Positions 1-10,600 of a stretch of DNA of 48,000 nt are shown piece by piece. This stretch comes from Calothrix sp. NIES-4105 (lineage in GTDB: Bacteria; Cyanobacteriota; Cyanobacteriia; Cyanobacteriales; Nostocaceae). The notes under the pieces were generated by a model that was not told where the DNA came from, ran no database searches, and worked only from the letters and a program-made list of their open reading frames with translations. A program made the translations under genes and the position numbers. The DNA is taken from contig AP018290.1 in the NCBI GenBank assembly GCA_002368415.1, positions 6,887,717 through 6,935,716 of the forward strand. The letters are read 5' to 3'. Within the stretch, counting starts at the first letter, position 1. Each line of letters opens with the position of its first letter.

Positions 1-1130
1 GTGGTGGATTGTAGTAACCAAGTTTGAATATTTTCTCTTGTCCAGATTGTTCCATTGGTAAATACAAACCGATCTATTCCATAAGGGCCATCTCTAAACT
101 GATCCTCAATGATAATTCGGTCATGGGTGTTTTTGATTGCTAAGTAGAGATTATCGCTTTCTGGGTAACTATTCGGTTTTCGCCAGAAAGTGATATCGGC
201 TGGATTAATACCAGTTTTGAAACTGAGAGTATCTGTACCAGTGTTGTAGTTTTCAACAATAGTATCAACTCCATAGCCTCGACCAAAAACATAGGTATTG
301 TTGCCAGAATCGCCGTTCAATAAATCGTTTCCTGTACTACCATCAAGGGTATCATTGCTTTGATATCCTAATAAGTAATCATCGCCAGGAGTAGATTGCA
401 ATAACCAAGTTTGAATATTTTCTCTTGTCCAAATTGTTCCATTGGCAAATACAAACTTGTCTATACCATAAGAAGTGCTTCTAAACTGATCTTCAATAAG
501 AATTCGGTCATGGGTATTTTTAATGGCTAAGTAAAGATTATCTTTTTCTGAACTACTATTTGGTTTCCGCCAAAAAGTGATATCTGATGGATTAATATCT
601 GCTTTAAAACTGAGAGTATCTGTACCAGTATTGGAATTCTCAGTAATAGTATCAACTCCATAGCCACGACCAAAGATGTATGTGTTGTTGCCAGCACCAC
701 CATTTAATAAGTCGTTTCCTGCACTACCATCAAGGGTATCATTACTTTGATATCCTAGTAAGTAATCATCACCAGGGGTAGATTGCAGTAACCAAGCTTG
801 AATATTTTCTCTTGTCCAGATTGTGCCATCAGCAAATGTAAATTGGTCTATGCCGTAAGTATTGTTTACTAGCTGATCTGTAATGATAAGACGGTCATGG
901 GTGTTTTTAATTGCTAGGTAAAGATTATCTTTTTGCAAAGCATTGTTTGATTTCCGCCAGAAAGTGATATCAGATGGACTAATACCTGCTTTGAAACTGA
1001 TAATGTCTTTCTCTGCATTGTTATTCTGAGTAATAGTATCAATTCCATAATTGCGACCAAAAACGTAAGTATTTTGACCAGAACCTCCTTTGAGGAAATC
1101 ATTTCCGATGCTGCCATCTAAGATGTCGTT
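1..1130. repeat. Three tandem copies of a 387-bp (129-codon) unit inside the RTX CDS; more may lie off-window.
   Basis: The landmark 'aaccaag(t/c)ttgaatattttctcttgtcca' recurs at 16, 403 and 790, an exact 387-bp spacing. The flanking sequence is roughly 85-90% identical. Confidence 0.85.
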
Positions 1131-4100
1131 ACCATCTCCACCATCTAGAAAATCATCCCCATCTTGTCCATATAATTGGTCGTCATTTTGTTCTCCGTAA
1201 AGGCTATCATCATCTAATCCACCGAGTAATAAATCTTTGCCTTTATTTCCATATAATTTGTCTTTGCCTTCTCCACCTTCGATTTGGTCGTCGCCTTCTC
1301 CTCCTGTGATTATGTCATTACCTAAATCCCCAGAAATGAGAATTGGTTTAACTCCAATATAAGTGATTTGATTACTGATTTTAGTGCCAATAATTGCTTC
1401 GATATTATTACTATCTTTAAGAATCAGATGTAAACGAGAATCGGCATCAAGGGTGACTATATCAAAACCTTCGCCTCCATCTAAGCTGGTAAGAATATCG
1501 TCTTCATCGATGGTTATTGTATCGTCTCCAGCAGCCGCTTTGATGACATCTTTTCCTTTACCACCATTGATAATATCGCTACCACCTGCACCTGTGAGAG
1601 TATCATCTCCTGCACCTCCATTGAGAATTCCTCCTGTGGTGCTACTAGCCAGAATACTTAGTTTATCGTTACCTTTACCTCCGGTAACAGAGTAGGTAAT
1701 AGTTGGATCGATCGTTAAATTCAGATTACCCGCCGTATCGTCAGCAATTAGAATATCTGGTTTATTTTCAAAGTTGAATTTGTTAATTCCTCCTGGTAGT
1801 GTTTCTAACTTCACGCCGTTAGGATTATAAGCAAAAGCAACATCAAAAATTTGGGAGCGTTTTCTAAATTCGTATCCTAGTTGAGTAAAATAAGTTGAAG
1901 TAGTTATGAGATTTCCGGCAATTTCAAAGTTTTTCTGTTGACTTGCTAGGGAAATGTCTTCTATGCCATAGCGATGTAAGGCTGCTAATTCGCCTAATTC
2001 TACTTTATGATTACCATTGGCATCAATCCAAACTCGGATTTTTTCAAAGTTGGTATCTTGAGAATTTAGTACGCGATCGCCATTACTATTTAAACTAGCA
2101 ATGTATGTAACATTAGTTTGAGAAGTTAGGGAAATAAACTCGTTAAGTTCAGTAATTCGACCATCATTATTTTGGTCTATTACTAATATCCCATCTGAAG
2201 GAGATACCCATCCTGTCTGTTCTAAATAACCATCATTATCTAAATCTGACATGGCGAAGGAATCTTGAGCCGAAATTAACTGAAGTCCATTTCCAAACAA
2301 ATCAACAACTGCTAATTTATAAGAACTCAGTGCATAACTATCGGGTACATCTAGCTGAACATCTAAAGTTGACTCTCCTTGAGTTAACACTGGTTGTAAA
2401 GAAACTGAACCATCAGCCGCCAAGGTAGGATAAAAATCTTTGCCATTAGCCAAGCGGATAAATTCAATTCTACTGTTCTCATCAACCCAATTTTTTATCG
2501 TGATTGTGATAGGTTGAGCTTCGTTATTACCAGTATTTGAATTAAACGTAGGGAGAATATAAGAAACGGTGACAATTAAATCTTTATTTTGTAATTTTAA
2601 GCCGTGGATTATGTTTGTGTCTAAAACAAGGGTATCTATGCCACCATCTCTAACTTTACCTTCGTAATCCCCTGTATCATAAATTGTTGTGTTTAAACCA
2701 TCACCGAAAGAGTACAAATAAGTATCATTTCCGCCACCGCCTGAAAGGGTATCGTTCTCTCCCAAACCTCGGAGAACATCAGCACCAATAGTCCCTTGGA
2801 TGGCGGTGTTGCTGCTAGTAGAAGTTTGAACACTATTAGTAGCTTTTAATTGCCATTGACCGCTAGAATTATCTAAAAAGTATTCTTGGTTATTCCCCAG
2901 TCGAATAAACTCAATTTTGTTAGTCAGGAAGTTTTTGATGGTTAATTGATTCGTAATTGGTGCGGAGGGATTACTAGGATTGATGATATTAATGATTAAA
3001 TTATTACTACTTTGTTGTAGTTGTAAATTTGCTAGCTGAATATTACTGTCAAATTCAATAACATCTACTCCGCCAATATCTTCAATCGTATCTTTACCAC
3101 TACCCAAACTATAACGATAAACATCATCACCCTTGCCACCTTTAAGAGTTTCTGCTGCTGAAGAAGAAATTAAAACATCATCACTATTATCATTCCCTTG
3201 AACTACACTACCATTGCCATAGAGTATTTTAGTGACATCATTACCTTTGTAATTATCTGAAGATTGCGGTGTGCTGAGATTAAATTCTATTGCTTTCGCC
3301 AACACCGTTTTCCAATTGGCGACTAATTCACTCTCTAGCTTAACTGTGCTATTGTTTTCAACAACGATTCTAAAGCGACTTCCATCAGCAAAACGTAGAA
3401 TTTCTAAGCGGTTATTTGTATTGGTCAACCAGTTAGCAATTATTTGTCCATTAATACTTAAATTATTGCCACTGAGAGACAAACGTACTTGAGAAGGTAA
3501 AATATCTAAACCAAAATCTCTGATGGTTAGGTCTTTTTTGTATAGATTTAGAGTAACTTTATTATCTTTATCTACGTTAATTGTGTAAAGGTTGCCATCA
3601 GCAAACTGGAGAAATTGAATTTTATTTTCTGGTTGTGTTTTTACCCAACCGTAAATTTTTTCATCATTGATAATTAAATCATCACCTTCTATAGCAAGAG
3701 CGATAGTTGTTGGTAAAAGATTAGTTGCAACTTTTTTGATTAGCTCATCATTAAGTTCTGCGGGAACAAAACTATCCCAAGGATGAGACTGCAAATCTGC
3801 AATTCTTTTATCTGCATCTGGAATCGAGTTTGCTGCTAGTTTATTGATATATTCCTGATATAAAGCAGGGTTATCTAGATAAGTACCGTATTCTTTAGCA
3901 ATTTGTAAAAGCTCGTTAAAATCTTCGAGATTACTTCTGGAATTGGTGTAATTATTAAAGAGGCGTTTGATGTAGCGATCGCCTCCTTCAATCTGAGTTT
4001 TAGTAAGTTGATAAACTACACCTGCTTCAATAGCCGCTTGAGCATTATTAAAACCTACCCTTCTGCGAAAACTACTTCCACCAGGCGCATCATCTTGTAG

Positions 4101-5498
4101 TTGATAGACATATTGTTCTTTGTAATGACCATAATAAACATTCTCAACAGAAAGCAGTTGACCACTAACATTCCCTGCAAAGAAATTGAGAAACTCTTTA
4201 GCAGCTTCACCCATTTGACGAGCAATTTCAGTATTTCCATCATCTAACTCGTATGCAAATTTAGTGACAAATTCGCCATCAACAATGTTAATTACATACG
4301 CAGCACGAGGGAAATCTTCATCCCCAAATACTCCTCCAATAAGGCTACCAACTACTGTGCCAACAAAAATTCCTATTGGCCCTGTTAAAGAAGCAACACC
4401 AAGCCAATTAATAAAACCTGGAATAGTTATAGCACCCAATGAACCACCTATAGCTGAACCTTGATTTAATTGACTTTCGCTGATAATGTTCCAACGAACT
4501 AGAGTTTTGTAAAATTCTGAGCCAGCATAAGACGCTAGAGAATTTCCATAGGATTGTGCTAAACCTCGAAGACCTGCTACTTCAAGATACTTGGTAATAA
4601 AATCTGGAAAATATTCTATAGCTACTGAAGTGACAGCATATTGAGTGAGAGTATTTATTCCTATTTGAGCTAGAGTATTTTCTATCTCTAATGCGTCAAT
4701 TATATTTTCAGCTATTTCTCCACTACCTAAAGATACTGTGTTAGAGACAAGATTGCCAATAAAGCGATTAGGTAAAGCCAGTGTTTCCAGAGCTTTATTA
4801 TTAAAATCAAATTCATAGTCTATAGCTGACCCAACCCAACCTCCAACAGTTGAACCTATAGAATTTGCTAATAATTGACTTCCAAAATTATCATCCACAA
4901 AATAGGTAGCGATTTGTCCTCCAAGGGATGCGCCGATAACGCTTTTAGAAGTTAATTCTTGAGCTTGTGCTTCAGAAAAATCAAACAAAGAAATAAAATC
5001 GTCTAACAGGGCTTCTATTGGTACAAATACAGCAGATCGTACCACACTATCAAATCCAAATCCATACACCGCTTCTAATATTTTTGGTGATTTCCCTGTT
5101 TTCTCCTCAAGAACTATTTGGTATAGAGATAAAATATCGTGAACAACTGTTTGTATTCCAAGATTTATCCACCCGTCTGGTCTAAAAAAAAGAAGCGGAC
5201 TTAAAGATGCTATACCTGTTATACCAATATCTGGAGCATAAGATTTGATATCATCAACTGATAAATTTGGACTTAGTGAGGTTACAAGGTTTGCCCCTTC
5301 TAGGAAATATGGATGTTCGGTATTTTTTGGGTATGCTTTATTTGTAATTATTACATCGTTTATATCTGATATTTTTTTTAAATCATTAGTTGTAAGCTGA
5401 GAAAACTGAATTCTTGTTTCAATTGGTAACTTTGCAATTACCTTTTTCCATTCAGAATTTAATTGTTGTTTAAAACTTGCTAGCTGTAGTTGATTCAC
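1..5498 (-). CDS. Giant RTX / hemolysin-type Ca2+-binding repeat protein. The 3' end runs off the left edge (>1,832 codons).
   Basis: The minus frame is open from GTG at 5498-5496 (in-frame TAA at 5523-5525 just upstream) down to position 3. It is missing from the ORF track because no stop lies in the window. My translation shows a Gly-rich hydrophobic N-terminal region. That is followed by many GGxGxD nonapeptide runs (e.g. GGKGKDVIKAAAGDDTITI, GGEGDDQIEGGEGKDKLYGNKGKDLLLGG). It also has repeated 'GxDTLSF..GI.PSDITFWR....DNLYLAIKNTHDR..I.DQF....GID.F.FA.GTIW' modules typical of the hemolysin-type Ca-binding 'related' domain. Confidence 0.8.
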   Translation of the reverse strand, partial: MNQLQLASFKQQLNSEWKKVIAKLPIETRIQFSQLTTNDLKKISDINDVIITNKAYPKNTEHPYFLEGANLVTSLSPNLSVDDIKSYAPDIGITGIASLSPLLFFRPDGWINLGIQTVVHDILSLYQIVLEEKTGKSPKILEAVYGFGFDSVVRSAVFVPIEALLDDFISLFDFSEAQAQELTSKSVIGASLGGQIATYFVDDNFGSQLLANSIGSTVGGWVGSAIDYEFDFNNKALETLALPNRFIGNLVSNTVSLGSGEIAENIIDALEIENTLAQIGINTLTQYAVTSVAIEYFPDFITKYLEVAGLRGLAQSYGNSLASYAGSEFYKTLVRWNIISESQLNQGSAIGGSLGAITIPGFINWLGVASLTGPIGIFVGTVVGSLIGGVFGDEDFPRAAYVINIVDGEFVTKFAYELDDGNTEIARQMGEAAKEFLNFFAGNVSGQLLSVENVYYGHYKEQYVYQLQDDAPGGSSFRRRVGFNNAQAAIEAGVVYQLTKTQIEGGDRYIKRLFNNYTNSRSNLEDFNELLQIAKEYGTYLDNPALYQEYINKLAANSIPDADKRIADLQSHPWDSFVPAELNDELIKKVATNLLPTTIALAIEGDDLIINDEKIYGWVKTQPENKIQFLQFADGNLYTINVDKDNKVTLNLYKKDLTIRDFGLDILPSQVRLSLSGNNLSINGQIIANWLTNTNNRLEILRFADGSRFRIVVENNSTVKLESELVANWKTVLAKAIEFNLSTPQSSDNYKGNDVTKILYGNGSVVQGNDNSDDVLISSSAAETLKGGKGDDVYRYSLGSGKDTIEDIGGVDVIEFDSNIQLANLQLQQSSNNLIINIINPSNPSAPITNQLTIKNFLTNKIEFIRLGNNQEYFLDNSSGQWQLKATNSVQTSTSSNTAIQGTIGADVLRGLGENDTLSGGGGNDTYLYSFGDGLNTTIYDTGDYEGKVRDGGIDTLVLDTNIIHGLKLQNKDLIVTVSYILPTFNSNTGNNEAQPITITIKNWVDENSRIEFIRLANGKDFYPTLAADGSVSLQPVLTQGESTLDVQLDVPDSYALSSYKLAVVDLFGNGLQLISAQDSFAMSDLDNDGYLEQTGWVSPSDGILVIDQNNDGRITELNEFISLTSQTNVTYIASLNSNGDRVLNSQDTNFEKIRVWIDANGNHKVELGELAALHRYGIEDISLASQQKNFEIAGNLITTSTYFTQLGYEFRKRSQIFDVAFAYNPNGVKLETLPGGINKFNFENKPDILIADDTAGNLNLTIDPTITYSVTGGKGNDKLSILASSTTGGILNGGAGDDTLTGAGGSDIINGGKGKDVIKAAAGDDTITIDEDDILTSLDGGEGFDIVTLDADSRLHLILKDSNNIEAIIGTKISNQITYIGVKPILISGDLGNDIITGGEGDDQIEGGEGKDKLYGNKGKDLLLGGLDDDSLYGEQNDDQLYGQDGDDFLDGGDGNDILDGSIGNDFLKGGSGQNTYVFGRNYGIDTITQNNNAEKDIISFKAGISPSDITFWRKSNNALQKDNLYLAIKNTHDRLIITDQLVNNTYGIDQFTFADGTIWTRENIQAWLLQSTPGDDYLLGYQSNDTLDGSAGNDLLNGGAGNNTYIFGRGYGVDTITENSNTGTDTLSFKADINPSDITFWRKPNSSSEKDNLYLAIKNTHDRILIEDQFRSTSYGIDKFVFANGTIWTRENIQTWLLQSTPGDDYLLGYQSNDTLDGSTGNDLLNGDSGNNTYVFGRGYGVDTIVENYNTGTDTLSFKTGINPADITFWRKPNSYPESDNLYLAIKNTHDRIIIEDQFRDGPYGIDRFVFTNGTIWTRENIQTWLLQST

Positions 5499-5658
5499 TA
5501 TCCCACAATTCCTATTTTTTTGTTAAGTTTTTAAGTAAGTCGGCGAAAAAATTTATAGGTATGTAACGAAAAGTTAAGAAAAGCTATTTGAGTAAAATCT
5601 AACACGCTCTGTTTTATAGTTTCCTCGCTCTTCTCTGGCTTGAACCCCATTAATTACC

Positions 5659-5892
5659 CTGAGGGGGTGACGAAAACCCCTAAACCTTAGATACAGCAAT
5701 AGTTTTAAGCGCACGTGACATAAAAAGATAAACACCATTTTTAGAGCTTATTGATTTTATTATCAATAAGCTTTGTACAAAAGTCTTATTTCTCGTTAGG
5801 CTTGGTTCTGAATTTACTTTTATATTTTTCCCGGTCATTCTTCTATAATCCTTGCTGTATGAGGTTTTTAACCTAGATTGTCACCCTCTCAG
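5659..5892. mobile_element. MITE-like element (~234 bp) with ~40-bp imperfect terminal inverted repeats.
   Basis: The left end at 5659-5699 reads 'ctgagggggtgacgaaaacccctaaaccttagatacagcaa'. The reverse complement of the right end at 5853-5892 reads 'ctgagagggtgacaatctaggttaaaaacctcatacagcaa'. The outermost 13 nt and the inner 'atacagcaa' match. There is no ORF inside. Confidence 0.55.
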
Positions 5893-6489
5893 TTTACAGA
5901 CACAAATAAAATTAGACACAGAAAATTATGGTCATTAGCAAAATGTCTGTCACCACTGTACTTATGAAACCGCTAAAAATTTAATCCACCAAATCCTATC
6001 ACCTTTTTTAAATTTAACTTAGTATTTTTACGTAAATTTTATATCTTTTATAAAAGTAAAATTTAAGTATTTTTTCTACAATGAATAAATAATAATGGCA
6101 GCTTTTACCGTCTCTTCTCTAGAAAATGCCAGCAATTAGGCAGTCACTACTTCTAACTTTTACAATTTAATAGGATTACTACTTATTAGCATTAATAATA
6201 TTCTCTAACAAAAAATCTGGTGATTCGGATATTCTCATAATTACATCATTATCTTGACTACTGCGATGATAGTAATGAAGTACTGGAGATTGTATCTATT
6301 GCCGCAGAATTTAATTTTCCTATAGCAAACGCTGGCGAACGTTTCTGGTCATCTTCTTTACACAGAATAGTTCAGTAAAGTATCGCGGATGAGGAAAATT
6401 TCATTTGCCAACTCAAATATAACTATAATAGACAAACGTATGCTTAATGATACGATATACACTTTACAAGTTATTAAAATTTGCTACTT

Positions 6490-6810
6490 ATGCGTATCGA
6501 AACGTTACATATCCAAAACTTTCGAGGACTTCAAGACATAACAATCAATTTTCCACGTATTAACCTAGCAGTATTTATTGGTATAAACGGTGCCGGAAAA
6601 TCGACAATATTAGATTGCATAGCGACAATGTTGGCTCAATTTACTGCAAAACTTCGTAATCGGGAATTAGCAGATATTGAATTTAATGAAAATGATATTA
6701 GGCTCAATTCTAAGTCCAGTATAAACACAATAACTATTTCGGTAGAAGATGGAGAAAAAATATCTTGGAGAGACAATAAGAGTGGAAACTCAAATATATT
6801 ACTACCTTAA
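6490..6810 (+). pseudogene. N-terminal fragment (~106 aa) of an SMC/RecF/OLD-type P-loop ATPase.
   Basis: The translation MRIETLHIQNFRGLQDITINFP..LAVFIGINGAGKSTILDCI is the classic N-terminus plus Walker A of AAA_15/AAA_23-type ATPases. The frame stops after about 106 aa. No Walker B, signature or nuclease part follows. Confidence 0.6.
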
Positions 6811-7402
6811 TAACGAAACGATACGTTCCGGTAATAAACTTATCAAATCTTGCTGGTAATAGGAACTGAAATACTCCCTCATTTTAAGGGCGCCAACCTG
6901 ACGACCTGCTTGATAAGAAAGCCTATATAAATCAAACGTTTCTCTAAGATGCTTTGGATAGAACTCGTTCTTATTTGATGATATAAGATGATTGACTATC
7001 AACTAAAGTCGATCAATTTTTCCGTGGGGTTCTCTAAGGTCGTCAGTGACGAGCCTACCACCTGCTTTTCTTTCTCTTCGCGTCAAGCAGTGTCCCTTCG
7101 CGCCGCTCAAGGGCAACACGAGTGCGGTTCATTTTTCTTTACCACACAGACCACGAGAGTTCACAGAGATGTATAGGAAGATAGATTTAAATTTGTGGAA
7201 TGTAGAGACGCAAAATTTAGCCTCTATACAAGGTTTTCATATTTAGTTAACCCTGCATAATTTATGATATAAAATTTGATGGGTTATATCTTAATAACTC
7301 TTCCTTTGTGCCCTTTGTGCCTTTGTGGTTCATTTATATGCAGCTCTGTGGCAAAAATAATTACATGACTGCACAGGCAGGATGCCTGTGCTACAAGCCA
7401 TC

Positions 7403-7589
7403 GTTATAAGCTTTCTTCAAGTTCTTCTAACTCAGCCAACAGTAGCTCCATCTCTTCTAACTCTGTTTCAGAAGCCAAACACTCAACTACGCTCACAGCT
7501 AAATCAGCTATAGTTTGCTTTTCAAACAGTGTACGTAGAGCAATCTTTACCTGTAGCGCATCTTGTATTCTAGAAATAACCTGAGTAGC
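7403..7589 (-). pseudogene. Relic second copy of the NRPS 3' end (C-terminal part of a PCP plus the acidic tail and stop).
   Basis: It aligns in the same orientation to 12554-12739, the true 3' end of the 1,694-aa NRPS, with about 10 mismatches in 187 nt. No NRPS sequence lies upstream of it. Confidence 0.85.
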
Positions 7590-7612
7590 AAAAATAACTT
7601 ACACAAGTTGAT

Positions 7613-7641
7613 GCATAAGTCCTCTTATAGAGGACTTATGC
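7613..7641 (-). terminator. Perfect 12-bp hairpin 27 nt downstream of the RTX/Calx-beta gene stop.
   Basis: The sequence is gcataagtcctc-ttata-gaggacttatgc. No U-tract follows on the minus strand, so it is not a canonical intrinsic terminator. Confidence 0.35.
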
Positions 7642-7667
7642 TATTAGCCTTGGAATTGATTCCAAAA

Positions 7668-10600
7668 CTAGGGAACCAAACTAAAATTGCTACCAGTGAG
7701 GGTTATATCAGCATTGCCTAAACTAGCGAATTCAAAAACTTTGTTTGCACCCAAAAGACTTCTATCCTGATTATAAAATAAGCTACCACTACCCTGACTA
7801 AAGACAATCGATGCATTACTACCGTTGACAAACTCATCATCATTAACAACCGCAAAGTCAGTTAATGCTTGTCCTGCACTATTGGTAATAGCAGTAAAAG
7901 TAGCTTTACTCAGAACAATTAGGTCTTGTCCCGCGTCAAAATTGGTAATGTAATCAACGCCTAAAGCGCTAGTAAAAGCTCCGCTACCTTGGAACAAATA
8001 CTTATCTTGACCTGCACCACCAGCGAGAATATCATTGCCCAGTCCGCCCCAAAGGGTATCATTTCCGGCTAATCCTTGTAGTTGGTCATTGCCGCTATCA
8101 CCAATGAGGTAATTATTTAAGGAATTACCTGTGAGACGATCGCTAAGACTACTACCTCTGGCATTTTCAATTACATTATTGCCGGAGAGAATCAGTTTCA
8201 AATTAGCATTCACCGTTTGTTGTGTGGTGACACCCAAATTTAGCCGCACCCCAACAGTAGTACCACTAAAATCAATTGTGTCTGTATTACCTGTTGCTGT
8301 TTCAACAATTCTGTCAATACCTAAGACACTATTAGCAACAAAAGCATAAGTGTCATTGCCTGCGCCACCGGTAAGGGTATTATTAGCACTATTTCCCTGA
8401 AGGATATTATCGCCAGCATTTCCTGTACCATCGATTGCGGCTGTCCCTGTGAGGGTGAGGTTTTCCACATTGATGGGTAAAGTTGTGGTGACAGCAGCAC
8501 TGAGGGTATCAGTAATAGTGGTGATGACACTACTGGTTGTACCCAGAATGGCATTAGTAGGAGAACTCAGCCTTAAAGTAAAAGTTTCATTTGCTTCATT
8601 GGTTGAATTATTAAGAATGGGGATATTGATAACCTTACTGGTTTCTCCTGAGTTGAAAGTCAAAGTCCCGTTAGCGCTAGTGTAGTCGGAACCTGCTATG
8701 GCTGTACCATTAGTGGTGGCATATTGCACAGTGATAGCTTGAGTACTGGCTTGGGAAAGACTGACGGTATAGGTAGCTTGTTGGGGACTTGTTAAACCTT
8801 CAACTATCGTCTGATTATTGCTCAGGTTGATGGTAATCGCAGAAGTATCATCATTAGTAATAGTGCCGGTGACAGCGCTTGTTGTACTTACTATGTAACC
8901 ACTACCTGTCGCCACAGTTATGCCAAGGGTTTCATTACCTTCAATGGTGGTGTCTGCGGTGGGGTCAATACTTAGAACGGCTGTACTTGCTCCTGCTGCA
9001 AAGGTAATAGTTCCTGTGGTTGCTGTAAAACTGGCTGCACCTGTTTGGGTATAGTCAGTATTGAAAACGGCTGAACCAGCAACGTTATAGTTAACAGTTA
9101 AAGTATTGGTAGTACTTCCAGTTCTAGTAAAGGTGTAAAGCAAATTAGTGGCGCCATCTTCAAGGACGCTACTGGGAGATAGGGCTAGGGTAATACTGGG
9201 AGGAACATCTAGAGTGATAGTTTGGTCAGAAAACTGTATTCTTTCGATATTGTATAAATTATCCCTACCATCACGATTAGCCACCGTATCGCTAACTGTA
9301 TAAACACCGCCATTATTAGTTATTTGATATTGAGAACGATTACCTAAGTAAACAGCAATATCATTATCAGCACCACCATAGAGAGTGTCATTACCAGTTC
9401 CTCCTAATAACCTGTCATCACCCTGTTCACCAAATAAACGGTCGTCACCAGCATTACCTTGGAGAGTATCATTACCCAAACCGCCAAACAAATCATCATT
9501 ATTATTAGTACCTGATTTGGTATCATTCACAACCGCAGCATTGAAATTGAAATCGCTAGCTTGCAGTTGGCTTTGACTAATCCCATTTAGTTTGAGTTGA
9601 TAATAATAATTACCGTCGTTTAGGTTATAGCGGGTCGTAATTAAAGCATTTCCTGCTGAATCATTACTTGTGAGAGTTAGGATGGTATTGTAGTCACTAA
9701 TACCAATATTTCTAAGGTCAATTTTGTCTTGTCCTTTGACAAAATCAGTTACAACATCTTGGTTTTGGGTAAAAGAAGAGCCACTGAAATACTCTAAAAC
9801 AAATTGGTCATTACCAGCACCACCATAGAGAGTGTCAGAATTATATCCTCCGAATAACCTATCATCACCCTGTTCGCCAAATAAACGGTCGTTACCATCA
9901 TTACCTTGGAGAGTATCATTCCCCAAACCGCCAAACAAATCATCATTATCATTAGTACCTGATTTGGTATCATCCACAACCGCAGTATTGAAATTGAAAT
10001 CGCTAGCTTGCAGTTGGCTTTGACTAATCCCATTGAGTTTGAGTTGATAATAATAATTACCGTCGTTTAGGTTATAGCGGACGGTAATTAAAGCATTACC
10101 ATCTGGGTCATCCTTCAGTAAAGTCAGGATGGTATTGTAATCACTAATGCCAATATTTCTGAGGTCAATTTTGTCTTGTCCCTTGACAAAATCAGTTACG
10201 ACATCTTGGTTTTGGGTAAAAGAAGAGCCACTAAAATACTCTAAAACAAATTGGTCATTACCAGCACCACCATAGAGAGTATCAGAACCATATCCTCCGA
10301 ATAACCTATCATCACCCTGTTCGCCAAATAAACGGTCGTTACCAGCATTACCTTGGAGAGTATCATTACCCAAACCGCCAAACAAATCATCATTATCATT
10401 AGTACCTGATAGGGTATCATTCACAACCGCAGTATTGAAATTGAAATCGCTAGCTTGCAGTTGGCTTTGACTAATCCCATTGAGTTTGAGTTGATAATAA
10501 TAATTACCGTCGTTTAGGTTATAGCGGACGGTAATTAAAGCATTACCATCTGGGTCATCCTTCAGTAAAGTCAGGATGGTATTGTAATCACTAATGCCAA

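Noticed and set aside
6802-7246. Three 62-66-aa ORFs: 6802-7002 on the minus strand, and 6988-7176 and 7046-7246 on the plus strand.
   Set aside because: They lie in a stretch made of dispersed repeats ('ctttgtgcctttgtggttcat' and 'ctctgtggcaaaaataatta..gcctgtgctacaa', also at 35960-36010 and 36885-36965). They have no recognisable domains, and one starts directly after an in-frame stop.
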